64,000 nt of DNA from Acholeplasma sp. (GCA_036677365.1 JAVBWN010000003.1:1-64000), one strand, 5' to 3'. Positions 28,651 through 38,528 are shown, counted from the first letter of the stretch. Notes: generated by a model not told the origin, from the letters alone. Numbers and translations: made by a program.

Positions 28651-29924
28651 AGCAAAATATTAATGTTTTAGAATATGCTAATAAAATTGGTAAAGAAGTT
28701 CCTGACTGGTCGACAGATGGCATTCTTCTTGATGTGTATTTAGTGCCAATTAACAAGCTATACTACAACGATGAAAATGGTAGAATTGCTACTTGGATTA
28801 GTGGATATAATGACGACCAAGGGGTAAAACCTTTAGAGGAACTTACTATCAAAGAATATAACGATTTGATTTCTAGCTATATAAAAAAATCAAATTCTAC
28901 ATCATCATTCAAGAAAACATACGACGATATAAAAACAAAAGGTCAAATTAGACCAGGAGTTGTATTAATCGATGGTAGGGTAGTTAGTGGTAATAGAAGA
29001 TTTACAGTATTACGCGATTTGTACGAGGATACATCTGATGACAAATTCAATTACTTTAAATGTTTTATAATTGACAAGGACTTAAATGTTGATGAAAGTA
29101 GAAAGCAAATCAAGACTATTGAAAGGTTAACCCAATTTGGGGTAGATGAGAAGCAAGATTATGATCCAATTGATCGACTAGTGGACATTTACAATGACTT
29201 AATTGGACCAAATAAAATTTGGACTATTGATGAATACCAAAAAAAGTTAAAATTAACAAAATCTGCTGTTTATCAGATGTATTACAAAGCATTAGTAATG
29301 GTAGATTATCTTGAATACATAAATAAACCTGGAAAATTTCACATAGCCAGATATAAAAAGCTTGATGGTCCGTTACAAGAATTAGGCAGGCTTTACAAGG
29401 ATTTAAATAGAAAAGAATGGAATAAGATTCGTATTTATTTTTATTCACAACTACAAAAAAATGGCGATAGGACTCGAGATATCCGGGATTCTATTACAAC
29501 TTACAAAAACAAGACAAACGAATTCTATGATTTATGCAGTCAATTGGAGAAAAGCATTCAAGAAGAAGAAAGAAATCACATAATAAATGAAAGTCAATAT
29601 TCGATTGCAGAAAATGCGGATAGTCAATTATCGTCAGATAGTCAATTATCACCAGATAGTGAAAAACCAATTTTTGATTTAGGCACAACAATTATAGACA
29701 AAGTGTTGACTCCAGAAACAAATAATCAGTTTTTTGATTTAACATTTCAAGCAATTGCAGAGAAAAAAAGAGCAGACAAAATCAAAAAAATTGGTGACTC
29801 CCTTGACAGTTTAATACTTAACATTCAAGATGCTGTTAGTATAGCCAAAGAAGATGAAAAACATATGCTGCTCCTAAAAATAGAAGAATTTATCCGTATA
29901 GTAGCAATCTTTTCTGAAAAGTAA
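28647..29924 (+). CDS. ParB/Srx-like N-terminal domain protein
   Basis: VPINKLYYNDENGRI and GQIRPGVV..DGRVVSGNRR arginine patch; helical C-terminus. Confidence 0.75.
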   Translation: MKQNINVLEYANKIGKEVPDWSTDGILLDVYLVPINKLYYNDENGRIATWISGYNDDQGVKPLEELTIKEYNDLISSYIKKSNSTSSFKKTYDDIKTKGQIRPGVVLIDGRVVSGNRRFTVLRDLYEDTSDDKFNYFKCFIIDKDLNVDESRKQIKTIERLTQFGVDEKQDYDPIDRLVDIYNDLIGPNKIWTIDEYQKKLKLTKSAVYQMYYKALVMVDYLEYINKPGKFHIARYKKLDGPLQELGRLYKDLNRKEWNKIRIYFYSQLQKNGDRTRDIRDSITTYKNKTNEFYDLCSQLEKSIQEEERNHIINESQYSIAENADSQLSSDSQLSPDSEKPIFDLGTTIIDKVLTPETNNQFFDLTFQAIAEKKRADKIKKIGDSLDSLILNIQDAVSIAKEDEKHMLLLKIEEFIRIVAIFSEK

Positions 29925-29929
29925 CGACA

Positions 29930-32506
29930 ATGGAACAATTAAAAATTAAACCTTTCTATAATTCAAAAATAGACAATTTAATAGAGGATTTCTACAATCC
30001 ATTATTATCAAAATGTACTAATTATAAGCGCGTTAGTGCATATTTTGATTCTGCTATAATAGAACATTATTCAAAAGGAATCGAAAACATAGTTAAAAAC
30101 CAGGGGAAGATACAATTCATTTTTTCAGCTGATATATCACGGGAAGATTTTGAAATAATAGTTAATGGTTATCAAGAAAGAGAAAAAATATACGACGATT
30201 TAGCTAATGGTTTAAGTTTTGAAAATACTTTTTATGAAATTTCAAATTTGGCGTATTTGATTAAGTATGGTTATGTTGATATTAAAATTGCGTTCACTAG
30301 AAAAAGTGGGGTTTTTCATGATAAATTTGGACTATTTGAATTAGGAGATAAGACTGTATATTTTCGCGGATCAAATAATGAAACTGTAGCTGCTATTAAG
30401 TCAAATTTTGAATCATTTGAAACCACCGCATCATGGACTGCTGATAACAATGAAATATCAAAACTAATTTTAGCCCAAAAGACATTCAATGATTTATGGA
30501 ATAATGAGTTTGATGATAGTATTTATGTTGTTGATGTTCCAAAGGCTATAAAATTAAAAATCATGACATATGATAAAAACAAACTAATCATTGATTGGCC
30601 ACTCGATTCCAATTGTTTGATAGTTAGTTACGAAAATGATAAATTAATTTTTACAAATAATCTCGAAAACAAAAATTTTCTGTCCAGAGAGTTGACCTTT
30701 TACAAAAAAGTATTATCGAATTACTTGGAGAAAACCGAGAATAACCAATTCTATTTTGATAAGGAATTAACATATGCAGATATTAAATACATTGTCAGTG
30801 AAACTCTTTTGTATGGACAAAATATGGGTTTTATTGTAACATTAATGCCTAACTTAAAAAAATTTCTTCTTGATTACAATATTGTAATAGAAAAGAGACG
30901 TACATTAGGGTTAACAATTAAGTCGAAACATGAAATCCTTCAAAAGGATTTTAATGAGTTTTCTAGAATTGTTAACAAAGAAATGAAACGTGAACTTCGC
31001 TTACCGCAGCTTTGGGATGCTTATCATATGGCAAATATGATGAGAAGTGCTAATTTTTCAGTGCCAGGTTCAGGTAAAACATCTATTGTTTATGGGGCAT
31101 ATGCCTATTTGTCATCTTCAGAGAAAGCTTTAGTCAACAAAATTGTTGTGATTGGACCCTTGAATGCTTTTTCGTCATGGAAAGATGAATTTGACAATTG
31201 TTTTGGTGACAAGAGAAGGTTAAATGTTCTTGATTATCAAAAAATTAAATCACTACCAAAAGCCAATAAATACGACTATGTCGTTTATGAAAGTCAAGAT
31301 TATAACGTGATGCTCTTCAATTATGAAGCAATAAATTCTAACTTAGATATATTAAGAAGGATAATTGACGATAAGACAATTTTGGTTTTTGATGAAGTGC
31401 ACCGTATAAAATCAATTGAAGGTATAAGAGCAAAGGCTGCATTAAGTATCATTGACAAGGCTAAGTACAGAATTGTATTAACGGGTACACCGATGCCAAA
31501 TGGGTTTCCTGATTTACACAACATGTTAAAAATATTATTTTCGGAAGATTATGACAATTATTTTGGATATAGCAGAAGAGCTTTAGAAATTGCTAATCAT
31601 GATAAAAATCAACAAATAGAAATCAAAGAAAAAATCAACCCATTCTATTGTAGAATAACAAAAGAAGATTTAAGAGTACCACCAGCAGAAAAAGATGACA
31701 TTCAAAGTGGTTATATAATCGCAAATAATGATGAAATCAAAATTTTCGAATTGCTATACCGGCATTTTCATAAGAACTTTTTGACATTATACATTAGATT
31801 AATCCAAGCATCGTCAAATCCTGCATTACTGCTAAAAGATATTAACTTGAATGAGCTAGTAATCGATTACCATGAAGATTTTTATAATATAGAATTAGGT
31901 TCAGTTATAACTCGACCTAGTTTAAGCGCAACTGATATAGAATTAATTCAAAAGGTAAAGTATAGTTCTAAATTTCTTAAAGGTATTGAACTAATTGAAT
32001 CGTTAACATCAAAAGGCTCTGTTATAGTGTGGGGTATCTTTATTGACACGATTCATTCCATTAGTGACTTTCTTAATAATCGAAAGATTTCAACAAAGGT
32101 CATAACAGGGAATACTAGTTTAATCGAGAGAGAACGAATATTGTCCGAGTTTAAAAAGGGAGAATTCAATGTTCTAGTCACGAACCCACATACACTTGGC
32201 GAATCAATTTCGTTACACAAGGTATGTCATCAAGCAGTATATTTTGAACTAAGCTACAATCTTGTACACCTATTACAATCGCGAGATAGAATTCATAGAT
32301 TAGGATTAGAAAATAATGAAAAAACCTATTACTATTTTATGTTATTAGATTCTCCGTTTGCCTTATATCCACCGATTGATGTTAGAATCTATAGTAGATT
32401 AAAAGAAAAAGAAAGGCTTCAAAACATGCTTCTACAAAAAGATGAAATATCATTTATTGAGGATGACATCATGCAAGATATCAAAGCTATCATAGGGGAC
32501 TTGTAA
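29930..32506 (+). CDS. PLD-family nuclease fused to SNF2/SF2 helicase
   Basis: SAYF and HDKFG...GSNNET (HxK PLD motif); PGSGKT, DEVH, LTGTP, GESISL, QSRDRIHRLG. Confidence 0.88.
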   Translation: MEQLKIKPFYNSKIDNLIEDFYNPLLSKCTNYKRVSAYFDSAIIEHYSKGIENIVKNQGKIQFIFSADISREDFEIIVNGYQEREKIYDDLANGLSFENTFYEISNLAYLIKYGYVDIKIAFTRKSGVFHDKFGLFELGDKTVYFRGSNNETVAAIKSNFESFETTASWTADNNEISKLILAQKTFNDLWNNEFDDSIYVVDVPKAIKLKIMTYDKNKLIIDWPLDSNCLIVSYENDKLIFTNNLENKNFLSRELTFYKKVLSNYLEKTENNQFYFDKELTYADIKYIVSETLLYGQNMGFIVTLMPNLKKFLLDYNIVIEKRRTLGLTIKSKHEILQKDFNEFSRIVNKEMKRELRLPQLWDAYHMANMMRSANFSVPGSGKTSIVYGAYAYLSSSEKALVNKIVVIGPLNAFSSWKDEFDNCFGDKRRLNVLDYQKIKSLPKANKYDYVVYESQDYNVMLFNYEAINSNLDILRRIIDDKTILVFDEVHRIKSIEGIRAKAALSIIDKAKYRIVLTGTPMPNGFPDLHNMLKILFSEDYDNYFGYSRRALEIANHDKNQQIEIKEKINPFYCRITKEDLRVPPAEKDDIQSGYIIANNDEIKIFELLYRHFHKNFLTLYIRLIQASSNPALLLKDINLNELVIDYHEDFYNIELGSVITRPSLSATDIELIQKVKYSSKFLKGIELIESLTSKGSVIVWGIFIDTIHSISDFLNNRKISTKVITGNTSLIERERILSEFKKGEFNVLVTNPHTLGESISLHKVCHQAVYFELSYNLVHLLQSRDRIHRLGLENNEKTYYYFMLLDSPFALYPPIDVRIYSRLKEKERLQNMLLQKDEISFIEDDIMQDIKAIIGDL

Positions 32507-33276
32507 TGAGATCATTCAGGGTTACATTTTCAGAAGATGAAGAAGAAATTCTAAAGAAAAACTCTATTAGGTTCAATAAAAATGAACGTAACTATCTTTA
32601 CTATGGGAGTAAAAGAAAAATAATTAAAGATTTTGGTGTTCCTATGGAACTTGATTCTGAGGATTTTAAATGGTTTGGTTCTTCATGGAAAAAACTATTC
32701 GAAGATTTTTGTAATCATTTCATAACAATAATACCTGATTTCAAGGTATTGCTTACGATGAACCCAGATTTTTCAAACAAAAAAATATTTTTAAGAGAAA
32801 AAATTACAAATTCAATTGGTCCTTTATCAAATGGTTTATTCATCGATGGTAATAGAAGCCCAACTCACATTTGGTGGTCTATAATCTACTTATCAGAATT
32901 AATAAATAGTGATTATGCTAACAGTTTAATACTATACGTACATTATCCCTCAGCAATTGAACCAAAAGAAATTATTGATATAATTTGGAAAAAAGAAATA
33001 ATAACTCTTCATAATTATCTCAATGCTTACGGTTACAATAGGGAAAAAATTGATTCTGTTATAAATTCGGTACGTAATCTGAATAAAATATATAGAGAAA
33101 AAACAAAGAATTATGTATTTTATTTAATTGATAGAAAACAAGATCTTAGCAATGCCATAAGTTATATCAAGAAAACTAATCTGTATCAACAAAATGCAAG
33201 GGATTTTGATATCTACTTTGAACACATTACTACAATTAAAAGTGAATTATTGTATCCTGATTTTACCTATAGATAA
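32506..33276 (+). CDS. Hypothetical protein, last gene of the island operon
   Basis: TAATG overlap with the helicase gene; same AT-rich codon usage. Confidence 0.75.
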   Translation: MRSFRVTFSEDEEEILKKNSIRFNKNERNYLYYGSKRKIIKDFGVPMELDSEDFKWFGSSWKKLFEDFCNHFITIIPDFKVLLTMNPDFSNKKIFLREKITNSIGPLSNGLFIDGNRSPTHIWWSIIYLSELINSDYANSLILYVHYPSAIEPKEIIDIIWKKEIITLHNYLNAYGYNREKIDSVINSVRNLNKIYREKTKNYVFYLIDRKQDLSNAISYIKKTNLYQQNARDFDIYFEHITTIKSELLYPDFTYR

Positions 33277-33300
33277 GAAGTTCAGGCGAACTTCTTTTTT
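33275..33300 (+). terminator. Intrinsic terminator closing the defence-like operon
   Basis: AAGAAGTTC-AGGC-GAACTTCTT followed by a T-run. Confidence 0.8.
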
Positions 33301-33405
33301 GCTAAATATAAAAAGTTTCACTTGATTAGATAGTGGTTATAAAAACCATATAACTATGTTATAATACCAATGTAAACGCTTTTATTTCGAAGGGAGAAAT
33401 TTAAC

Positions 33406-34488
33406 ATGAATGAATTTAAAGTATTTGAGTACATGGAAAAACACAAGTACGAACAAGTAGTCTATTTCTATGATAGAACTACAGGCTTGAAAGGTATTAC
33501 GGTGATTCATAATACCACATTGGGGCCAGCCCTTGGTGGCACTAGAATCTGGAATTATGAATCAGAAGACGCAGCAGTTATGGACTGCTTAAGACTCGCT
33601 AGAGGGATGACCTATAAAGCTGCAGCTGCAGGTTTAAACCTCGGTGGTGGTAAAACCGTATTGATTGGTGATGCTACTAAAGTAAAGAGCGAAGCGTATT
33701 TCAGAGCATTGGGTAGATATGTACAATCCTTAAATGGTCGTTATATCACCGCTGAAGACGTTAATACCAGCACCAAAGACATGAGTTATGTCCATATGGA
33801 AACAGACTTCGTTGTCGGATTAGAAGGTAAATCAGGGAACCCATCCCCAGTCACTGCTTTAGGTGCCTTATATGGTATCAAAGCATCTTTAAAGTATCGT
33901 TTTGGTAATGAAGACATTTCTAAATACACATTCGCAGTTCAAGGCGCAGGTCAAACGGGTTATTACCTCATCAACCACCTCGTTGAATTAGGTGCGAAAA
34001 AGGTATATTTCTCAGAAATTAACCCTAAATACATTGAAAGAATGAAAAACGAACATCCAGAAGTGGAATTCGTGAACCCAGATCAAATCTATGGCTTGGA
34101 TGTCGATGTATTCGCACCATGCGCATTAGGTGGCGTACTCAACAATCAAACAATCCCACAAATCAAAGCGAAAATCATTGCAGGTACTGCCAATAACGTC
34201 TTACTAGATGAAGATATCCACGGTCCTATGATCAAAGAACGTGGCATTTTATATGCCCCAGACTTTGTCATCAACGCTGGTGGTTTAATCAACGTTTATG
34301 TTGAACTCATGAATTGGCCTCAAGAAAAAGCACTCGCAGACGTTAAATTGATTTATGATCGTCTATTGGAAATCTTTGAAATTTCTAAAGCACAAGACAT
34401 CCATACTCAACAAGCAGCCAAAGTGTTTGCGAAAAACAGAATCGAAACCATTAAAAACTTACACGATAACTATATACCCAAAAGATAA
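33406..34488 (+). CDS. Leu/Phe/Val (branched-chain amino acid) dehydrogenase
   Basis: GPALGGTR, LARGMTYK, GGGK, TAEDV, APCALGG, NAGG. Confidence 0.93.
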   Translation: MNEFKVFEYMEKHKYEQVVYFYDRTTGLKGITVIHNTTLGPALGGTRIWNYESEDAAVMDCLRLARGMTYKAAAAGLNLGGGKTVLIGDATKVKSEAYFRALGRYVQSLNGRYITAEDVNTSTKDMSYVHMETDFVVGLEGKSGNPSPVTALGALYGIKASLKYRFGNEDISKYTFAVQGAGQTGYYLINHLVELGAKKVYFSEINPKYIERMKNEHPEVEFVNPDQIYGLDVDVFAPCALGGVLNNQTIPQIKAKIIAGTANNVLLDEDIHGPMIKERGILYAPDFVINAGGLINVYVELMNWPQEKALADVKLIYDRLLEIFEISKAQDIHTQQAAKVFAKNRIETIKNLHDNYIPKR

Positions 34489-34500
34489 GGAGTGATTCTA

Positions 34501-34722
34501 TTGGCTAAGTATCAACTCGATTTTAACAACGATGCCTGCAAGGGCTGCGAACTGTGCGTCAACAGTTGTCCTGTTAAAATTTTGGGTATGTCCAATACCC
34601 GCATGAATGCCTCTGGTTACGCACTCGTGGATGTATTAGACATCGACAAGTGCATTGGTTGTACATTTTGTGCAATCATTTGTCCAGATTCTGTCATTAA
34701 GGTGGTAAAAAACGATGCCTAA
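34501..34722 (+). CDS. 2x[4Fe-4S] ferredoxin, delta subunit of 2-oxoacid:ferredoxin oxidoreductase
   Basis: CKGCELCVNSCP and CIGCTFCAIICP. Confidence 0.9.
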   Translation: MAKYQLDFNNDACKGCELCVNSCPVKILGMSNTRMNASGYALVDVLDIDKCIGCTFCAIICPDSVIKVVKNDA

Positions 34723-35782
34723 AAAACTCGTCAAAGGGAATGAAGCGATTGCTTTAACCGCCATCAAAGCCGGTGTAGATGCCTATTTCGGGTATCCGAT
34801 TACCCCACAAAATGAAGTACCAGAATATTTATCGAAGTATTTACCAGAACACGGTAAAGTCTTCGTTCAAGCAGAATCCGAGGTTGCAGCGATTAACATG
34901 GTGTATGGTGCAGCAGGGTGCGGTAAGCGCGTCATGACGTCATCATCATCTGTAGGGATTGCTTTAAAACAAGAAGCGATTTCGTATATTGCTGGGGCTG
35001 AATTGCCATGCTTAATTGTATCTGTGATGCGTGGTGGTCCAGGCTTAGGTGGCATTCAACCCTCACAAGCCGATTACTATCAAGCGACCCGCGGTGGTGG
35101 AAATGGTGACTATCATTTGGTCGTCATCGCGCCTGAATCCATTCAAGAAACCGTCGATTACATCAAAGAAGGGTTTGATATCGCCGATACTTATCGAAAT
35201 CCAGTCATGATTTTGATCGATGGACTCATCGGACAAATGATGGAAGCTGTGGATTTAGATAAAGAAGTACCAAAAAGAAAACTACCAGACAAACCTTGGG
35301 CAACGATTGGCACAGACCATCATGCCGGAAGGAACATTGTCAATTCGTTATATTTGGATGCACCAAAACTAGAAGAACACAATTTAAATTTAAAAGCGAA
35401 ATATGACGCCATCAAACAACATGAAGTCAAATTTGAAATGATCAATATGGAAGACCCAGATTACGTCATCGTGGCTTATGGGTCGGTGGCGAGAATTGCG
35501 AGAAGCTCGATTGAAATGCTCAAAGAAGTGGGCATCAATGTCGGTATGATTCGTCCAATTACCGTTTGGCCGTTCCCTAAAAAAGCATTTGACCTCATTC
35601 CAAGTTCTTGTAAAGGTATTTTAGTGACTGAAATGTCTTTAGGACAAATGCTCGATGACGTTGAAATTGCGAATAAGGGCAGACATGAAATCGCCTTTTA
35701 TGGGCGTACTGGCGGGATGGTTCCAGATCCAACTGAAATCAGAGATGCCATCATAAACTTTAAGAAGTGGGTGATATCATGA
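34715..35782 (+). CDS. 2-oxoisovalerate:ferredoxin oxidoreductase (VOR-type) alpha subunit
   Basis: GNEA, GYPITP, QAESEVAA, RGGPGLG. Confidence 0.9.
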   Translation: MPKKLVKGNEAIALTAIKAGVDAYFGYPITPQNEVPEYLSKYLPEHGKVFVQAESEVAAINMVYGAAGCGKRVMTSSSSVGIALKQEAISYIAGAELPCLIVSVMRGGPGLGGIQPSQADYYQATRGGGNGDYHLVVIAPESIQETVDYIKEGFDIADTYRNPVMILIDGLIGQMMEAVDLDKEVPKRKLPDKPWATIGTDHHAGRNIVNSLYLDAPKLEEHNLNLKAKYDAIKQHEVKFEMINMEDPDYVIVAYGSVARIARSSIEMLKEVGINVGMIRPITVWPFPKKAFDLIPSSCKGILVTEMSLGQMLDDVEIANKGRHEIAFYGRTGGMVPDPTEIRDAIINFKKWVIS

Positions 35783-36525
35783 CCGTCAGATATGAGAAAT
35801 CACTAGGTTTAACAGAACGTAAAACGCATTATTGTCCAGGGTGTACACATGGTATTTTGCATAAAATTGTAGCGGAAGTTTTAGTCGAACTTGGCGTCTT
35901 AGGTAAAACCGTAGGTGTTGCTTCGGTTGGCTGTTCGGTCTACTCTTACGAATATTTTAATTGTGATATGCAACAAGCCCCACACGGTAGAGCTTGTGCC
36001 ACAGCGACTGGCATCAAACGTGTTTTACCAGATAATGTGGTATTTACCTATCAAGGGGATGGTGACCTCGCTTCGATTGGTATCGCTGAAACGATTCACG
36101 CAGCGAACCGCGGCGAAAACATCACCGTTATATTTGTGAATAATGCTACCTATGGTATGACTGGTGGTCAAATGGCACCAACCTCCTTAGTTGGTCAAAA
36201 AACAACCACCTCTCAAGGTGGACGTGACCCACACAATCAAGGTTATCCAATTAAGATCAGCGAAATGTTTTCACACATCGAAGGTGTAGCGTATCTTGAA
36301 AGAGTCGCGCTCACTGGTCCACAAAACGTTAAAAAAGTCAAAAATGCAGTCAAGAAAGCTTTTTCTTTACAACTTGAAAAGAAAGGCTTTACGATGATTG
36401 AAGTCTTATCCACTTGCCCAGTGAATTGGGGCATGTCTCCAATCGATGCCTTGAAATGGGTCGATGAAAAGATGGTCCCTGTATTCCCGTTGGGTATTTA
36501 TAAGGATGTGACTAAGCATGACTAA
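35779..36525 (+). CDS. 2-oxoacid:ferredoxin oxidoreductase beta (TPP-binding) subunit
   Basis: YCPGC, GDGD...NN, YGMTGGQ, CPVNW. Confidence 0.92.
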   Translation: MTVRYEKSLGLTERKTHYCPGCTHGILHKIVAEVLVELGVLGKTVGVASVGCSVYSYEYFNCDMQQAPHGRACATATGIKRVLPDNVVFTYQGDGDLASIGIAETIHAANRGENITVIFVNNATYGMTGGQMAPTSLVGQKTTTSQGGRDPHNQGYPIKISEMFSHIEGVAYLERVALTGPQNVKKVKNAVKKAFSLQLEKKGFTMIEVLSTCPVNWGMSPIDALKWVDEKMVPVFPLGIYKDVTKHD

Positions 36526-37048
36526 AACCATCCGTATTGCTGGATTTGGTGGACAAGGGGTTATGTTATTGGGTCAAGTACTCGCTTACAGTGCCACTTT
36601 AAAAGGCATGCATGCGATCTGGGTGCCCACCTATGGCCCTGAAACCAGGGGTGGGACTGCCAATTGTATGGTAACCATTTCCGATACACCCATTTACTCT
36701 CCTGTATTTAAAGATTCAGATGACTTAATCGTTCTCAACGAACCGAGTTATCAAAAATTCAAACACACCGTTAAATCCGATGGATTCATGCTATATAATG
36801 CCTCTTTAATCCATGTCGATGAACAACCAAAATACCAAATCAAAGGCGTCAAAGCCAATGAGCTGGCATTATCGATTGGCGAATCGAAAACGATTAATTT
36901 CGTCTTATTGGGGGCTTATCTCAAACAAAACAACTTATTTTCAGAAGAAACCATCATCGAAGCGCTTAAATACTTCTTTGGTTCTAAAAAAGAACACTTG
37001 ATTGAAGTCAATAAGCAAGCGTATAATTTAGGTCAAAACGCACAATAA
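36518..37048 (+). CDS. 2-oxoacid:ferredoxin oxidoreductase gamma subunit
   Basis: AGFGGQG and YGPETRGG. Confidence 0.92.
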   Translation: MTKTIRIAGFGGQGVMLLGQVLAYSATLKGMHAIWVPTYGPETRGGTANCMVTISDTPIYSPVFKDSDDLIVLNEPSYQKFKHTVKSDGFMLYNASLIHVDEQPKYQIKGVKANELALSIGESKTINFVLLGAYLKQNNLFSEETIIEALKYFFGSKKEHLIEVNKQAYNLGQNAQ

Positions 37049-37115
37049 GTGAACAAACTGCACGTTATCATGTTATGATAAAAGCGTGCAGTTTTTCTTT
37101 TCATGAGGTGGCCAT

Positions 37116-38528
37116 ATGAAAAAAGTTGTTTTATTGACACTGAGTACGATGTTATTAATACTGGTAGGGTGTCAAAAAAAATCCATTCAGTCTTATACAT
37201 TTACCCCCTACTTAACCGCAGGCGATAAATCTGCCCTCTTACAAGAAGGCATTTCAATCCATACCGATGAAGCGAACCCTTCCATCTATAAAATCACAGT
37301 GGATACCAAAAAGAAGTATCAGACCATCGATGGTTTTGGTGCAGCGATGTCAGAATCTGCAGCCTATGTCTTGTCCAATTTAAACGAATCGAAACGCAAC
37401 GAAGTCATGGAAGCCTTGTTTGGTGAATCTGGCATCGGTATCGATTTTGTTCGAATCCCGATGGGTGCGTCTGATTTTGCTTTAAATAATTACACGTATA
37501 ATGACCTTACCAGTGGCACAGATTTGACATTAGAACAGTTTTCCATCCAAAGGGACTTATTATACGTCGTGCCGCGCTTACAACAAGCCTTGGCCTTGAA
37601 CCCGGACTTAAAACTCATGGGTTCGCCGTGGAGTGCACCTGCATGGATGAAATCCCCTCAAAAATTGAATGGGGGGTCACTCAATCCAATTTATCACGCC
37701 GCTTATGCGGATTACTTTGTGAAGTTCATCGAAGCTTATGCCGCTTTAGGGTTACCTATATACGCGATTACCCCACAAAATGAACCCTTACATGAAACCA
37801 GTGGTTACCCATCGATGTTGATGACTGTGGCTCAACAGATCAATTTCTTAAAAGTCTTAGGACCTAAATTTGAGGAAAATCAAATCGATACTAAAATCAT
37901 TGGGTATGATCACAACTGGGACAATACTTTCTACCCACAGGCTTTACTCAATAACGAAGACATCAAACCTTATTTAGATGGTGTTGCATTCCACTGTTAT
38001 GCAGGCAGTTACACGGCTCAACAAACGATTCAAACCAATCACCCAGACCGTGACATTTGGTTTACCGAATGTTCGGGTGGACGCTGGGCAACCAATTTTG
38101 GTTCAAACATCAGTTGGAACCTCGAAAATGTCTTTTTAGGGTCACTCAATTATGGTTCACGTTCGGTGTTATTATGGAATCTGGCTTTAGATACCCAAGA
38201 TGGACCACAAAACGGCGGATGTACCAACTGTAGAGGTGTGGTCACTGTGGATGGGACTGACAGTTTTACCCTCAATGAAGAATACTACATGATTGGTCAT
38301 TTTTCGAAGTTTATCGATAAAGACGCGAGACGGGTGGATGCGAAATCGACTTCGCCCAATTTATTGACAGGTGCGTACTTGAATCCAGATGGGTCATTAG
38401 TCATCGTTGCTCATAACAAAACCAACGCTGACATGCTCATCCAAGTGGATATCAACGGACATCTATTCAATTATTCCTTAAAGCGCATGTCTACAGTCAC
38501 CTTTGATGGGATCCCTACATATGCCTAA
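37116..38528 (+). CDS. GH30 glycoside hydrolase lipoprotein (beta-1,6-glucanase/glucosylceramidase-like)
   Basis: Lipobox LVGC; GFGAA, SPWSAPAWMK, QNEP, DHNWD, FTEC, WNLALD. Confidence 0.92.
   Translation: MKKVVLLTLSTMLLILVGCQKKSIQSYTFTPYLTAGDKSALLQEGISIHTDEANPSIYKITVDTKKKYQTIDGFGAAMSESAAYVLSNLNESKRNEVMEALFGESGIGIDFVRIPMGASDFALNNYTYNDLTSGTDLTLEQFSIQRDLLYVVPRLQQALALNPDLKLMGSPWSAPAWMKSPQKLNGGSLNPIYHAAYADYFVKFIEAYAALGLPIYAITPQNEPLHETSGYPSMLMTVAQQINFLKVLGPKFEENQIDTKIIGYDHNWDNTFYPQALLNNEDIKPYLDGVAFHCYAGSYTAQQTIQTNHPDRDIWFTECSGGRWATNFGSNISWNLENVFLGSLNYGSRSVLLWNLALDTQDGPQNGGCTNCRGVVTVDGTDSFTLNEEYYMIGHFSKFIDKDARRVDAKSTSPNLLTGAYLNPDGSLVIVAHNKTNADMLIQVDINGHLFNYSLKRMSTVTFDGIPTYA

Noticed and set aside
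26757-32506. Calling the island DISARM, BREX or a plain Sau3AI type II RM system
   Set aside because: There are no DrmA/DrmB (DUF1998), PglZ or BrxC genes, and the endonuclease-like ORF is half-length and lacks a clear catalytic motif.
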